From Harriotta raleighana (taxonomy: Eukaryota), in NCBI GenBank assembly GCA_050575255.1, contig JBNZDD010013567.1, positions 528,842 to 592,841 of the forward strand: a DNA stretch of 64,000 bases. Direction: 5' to 3'. Within the stretch, counting starts at the first letter, position 1; each line of letters opens with the position of its first letter. This document shows, one piece after another, positions 61,141 to 64,000 of this stretch. The translations under genes were made by a program, and so were the position numbers. The notes below the pieces were generated by a model that worked only from the letters and a program-made list of their open reading frames with translations, was not told the origin of the DNA and made no database searches.

Positions 61141-62206
61141 CATCATGGTTTCGTCTGTAGCTATTTTATGAGTTGATATTTTCCATCAATAAACTTTTTC
61201 AGTAAGTTCATCTTCTATAACCTAATTTACGTCAGTCTTTTGATGCTTCTCCCCAGCTAATATTTTGTTTGAGAAGTATTCCTTGGTCCACTTTTTCCCT
61301 AACGTGGCATGATTCACACTGAAGTCTTTTTGCTTAATCCCTGTTTTGTTTCCTTGCTAGTTTTCATATTTATTTCTTCTCTGTGATATATGAATAGTTT
61401 TATCTGTTATTTTATTAATTCTCCTCTCTCAGCTTGTTTCAGTTCTCCTACTTAATATACTTTCTCTGCCTTTCAGTTTTCCTTTAATTTTTTTTGTTCT
61501 CATTCCTTTTTATTCTTTTTTTCCTTTCTCTTCACCCAACTGATGGGAACTATTGTGTAAGTGTTGTGGGAGCCACATATTCTCAAGTGAAACAATCTAT
61601 TGTAATCTATCACACTTTTATCTGTACTATCTGAGAACTGAAAATGGCCTGGCCTTGCAATGGCGCCATGCTTGTAAGCTGATAAAGTTACAGAGTTCAC
61701 TGGTGATGAATGTTAAGTAACTACACTCCCATTAGATAGGATATGGACTTGGCAGAAGGACTAGGCATTTGAAACTAAGCTACGCTACATCACAGTCACT
61801 GGCTTTTCTCAGGCTTCCTCTCAACAATGGCTCTCAAACACTCTATTACCTCAGACAGTCTTCAGAACAAGCTTTTATTCCAATCAAAATGTGTTAATTA
61901 ATCACTCTTATCTAATTGAGAATCTCTCTCTATTTGCTATTTAATCATTTTTTTAAAAATAAACTAAATGGCTGGGTTGCTATAGATACATGATGGAAAG
62001 GTCAAACCGAGTTTACCTTATCATGATACAGACAGTTACTAATTAGAGATAGGTACTGAATTGGCCAAGTCTAACAGCATTTCTACCCACTATCAATGAG
62101 GCACACCAGTGAGATATTAAAATTATCTGCAGCTTCTGAAGGTACAAGTAAACTGAACACACCTACTGTTAGCTGCTGGATGAGTCATTTAGTGTTTGTG
62201 TTAATA

Positions 62207-62829
62207 CAGTAAAAACCCGTTTATCTGGCACTCATGGGACCTGGCCAGTGCCGGTTAAACGGCTTTCTGGTTGAACGTTTTTTTTAAAAATGGTAATAAA
62301 AAATTATTTTAACACATACTATATTAATAATAGACTAAATAATAACAGATAATAACAATATTGTATGGGTACTTTATTATAAATATTGTACACTACCATA
62401 TAAATAATAGACTAAATAGAGTAATAACAGATACTGTAATAACAGAATATTGTATGGCTACTTTATTGTAAATCTTGTAAACTGTACTATATAATTAATA
62501 GACTAAATACACTAATAACAGATACTATAATAACAGAATATTGTATTAGTACTTTATTATTTATAAGTAACTTCTGCAATGGCCGCCATGGGAGGAAAAC
62601 AAAACGGCAATGCGACTTTTTTTTAAAAAAAGGCAGAAGCACGACTTTAGCCTCGACTCGCGGCCAGCCGATATATCTGCACAGCACTCGCGTGCGCCAA
62701 TCGATTAATTGAATGAGTCATCGCTATTCTGATGGATAATTTCCGAATTATTGAATCAGGACTTTTTTTGAGGTGTCGGTTCAACGGGTTTTCCGGTTCA
62801 TCGAGTCACGGATAAACGGGCTTTTACTG
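62207..62829. mobile_element. Non-autonomous Tc1/mariner-pogo (Tigger-like) DNA transposon, MITE of 623 bp
   Basis: 19-bp TIRs CAGTAAAAACCCGTTTATC / GATAAACGGGCTTTTACTG (18/19 match), TA on both sides (62205-62206, 62830-62831), CpG-rich ends and no transposase ORF. Confidence 0.9.
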
Positions 62830-63665
62830 TACTATAGATCTTTAGTTGAGGGTTCAGGGAAAGATGCTGGAAACTTGTTACTTTTAACAACTCTGATTGC
62901 TCTGTAATGCACATCTAATGATTGTTGGCCCTCTTCAAATTATACAGCATTGCCAAATTTTATTCTTAAAATATCATTTGATACAGTAAGTTTAGTGGTT
63001 AGTGATGAATGTTCAGAATGACTTTTTTTTAAAAATAAACCTTATCTACGTGGCACCACTTTCACACCTCCTAGCAGCCTTGCAAACTAGTGTTCAAGTT
63101 ACAGAAAATGAAAAGACAGCAAGCTAACCGATAATACTGCACTGCGAAGAGGAACTACCTAGCACAAACCATGATTCATTAGAGGATACCAGGCCTTTGG
63201 CATTTCAGGCACAGTGTGCTGCGTAACACTTGGGATTTCATGTTTTATTGTTACCTCTTCAACAAGACTGAAGCAGTCAGTTGGGATATATCTTAATCTT
63301 CTGAGTTCAATTAGTGATCGTATAGCTTCTCCCATCACTGTTGTGCACGTGAATCTAAGCATCCTAAAGTGGTAACCGTTGATTCTTACCTGTAAACGTT
63401 TGGGAAAGAGAGTTTCAGTTACAAAGAGTGATATGGCATGGAAATAGGTCATCATGCAGGACTAGTTCATGCTGATAGAGAACACCTTTTGTTTTAGGAA
63501 GAAGTTCTATTCTTAGTCAAATAATGCTATCTTCATTTCCACCATTTTTAAAGCTGTGAATGTAGCTGTGAATCCAGCCTCCTCCAATAGGTATGTGAGC
63601 ATTTTCTAGTTTTAATTTAAGTCACCCAGACTACTTTTTAAAAAAAACAGATTAGTACCCTTAGC

Positions 63666-63678
63666 GTTGCATAGCAAC
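63666..63678. promoter_or_regulatory. RFX X-box-like palindrome
   Basis: GTTGCATAGCAAC. Confidence 0.45.
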
Positions 63679-64000
63679 CTACAGATGAGTTGATTAAATT
63701 GTTCTCTCTCTTTTTAGATTCGCCACAATCCTTCCCCAGCCCCAGCCGAGAAAGCAGACAGGTAATATATACTCAGTCCTCATGACTTGACTGCCAGGAG
63801 GTACGTGCGAGTAGCCTGAAACAACTCCTCTTTTACCCCGCCCCACCCACCGACCAAACCCACTCCCTCCTCCTCCACCGCACCCTCATTTGGAAGCAAG
63901 CTGAGTGGCTGAAAGTATATACTAATGCTGTAGTTGTAATACAGGGAATTGCAGAATTGCTTCTGATAGATGCAACTCAGCAGCATCCTGACAGTGCCAG

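Overview
AT-rich vertebrate genomic DNA. The repeat repertoire points to a cartilaginous fish, possibly a holocephalan such as Callorhinchus (inference). The only convincing protein-coding feature is one intronless 13.4-kb ORF (7778-21175, +, 4465 aa) recognisable as ZNF469 from its zinc-finger layout and C-terminal motif. It sits in a giant terminal exon with a splice acceptor at 7560-7561, four uORFs before the start codon, and a roughly 3-kb 3' UTR. The rest is non-coding. It holds tRNA-headed SINEs with CORE-like/Deu-like bodies and L2-type tails, L2, CR1, RTE and Penelope fossils, an LF-SINE-like copy, a probable piggyBac relic, a TA-flanked Tc1/mariner-pogo MITE, a palindromic element with a decayed hammerhead-like core, and a 1.3-kb minisatellite. 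Two N-gaps in a G/C-run and GATA-rich zone near 54-55 kb probably hide the promoter and first exon of the expected neighbour ZFPM1/FOG1, which is inferred from mammalian synteny and not seen. I found no clear new biological system. The best leads are the uORF-gated giant exon, an isolated SALL/BCL11-like CCHC finger in ZNF469, a modular SINE series sharing its tail with an L2 LINE, and several candidate enhancers. All family assignments are from recalled consensus sequences, not database searches.
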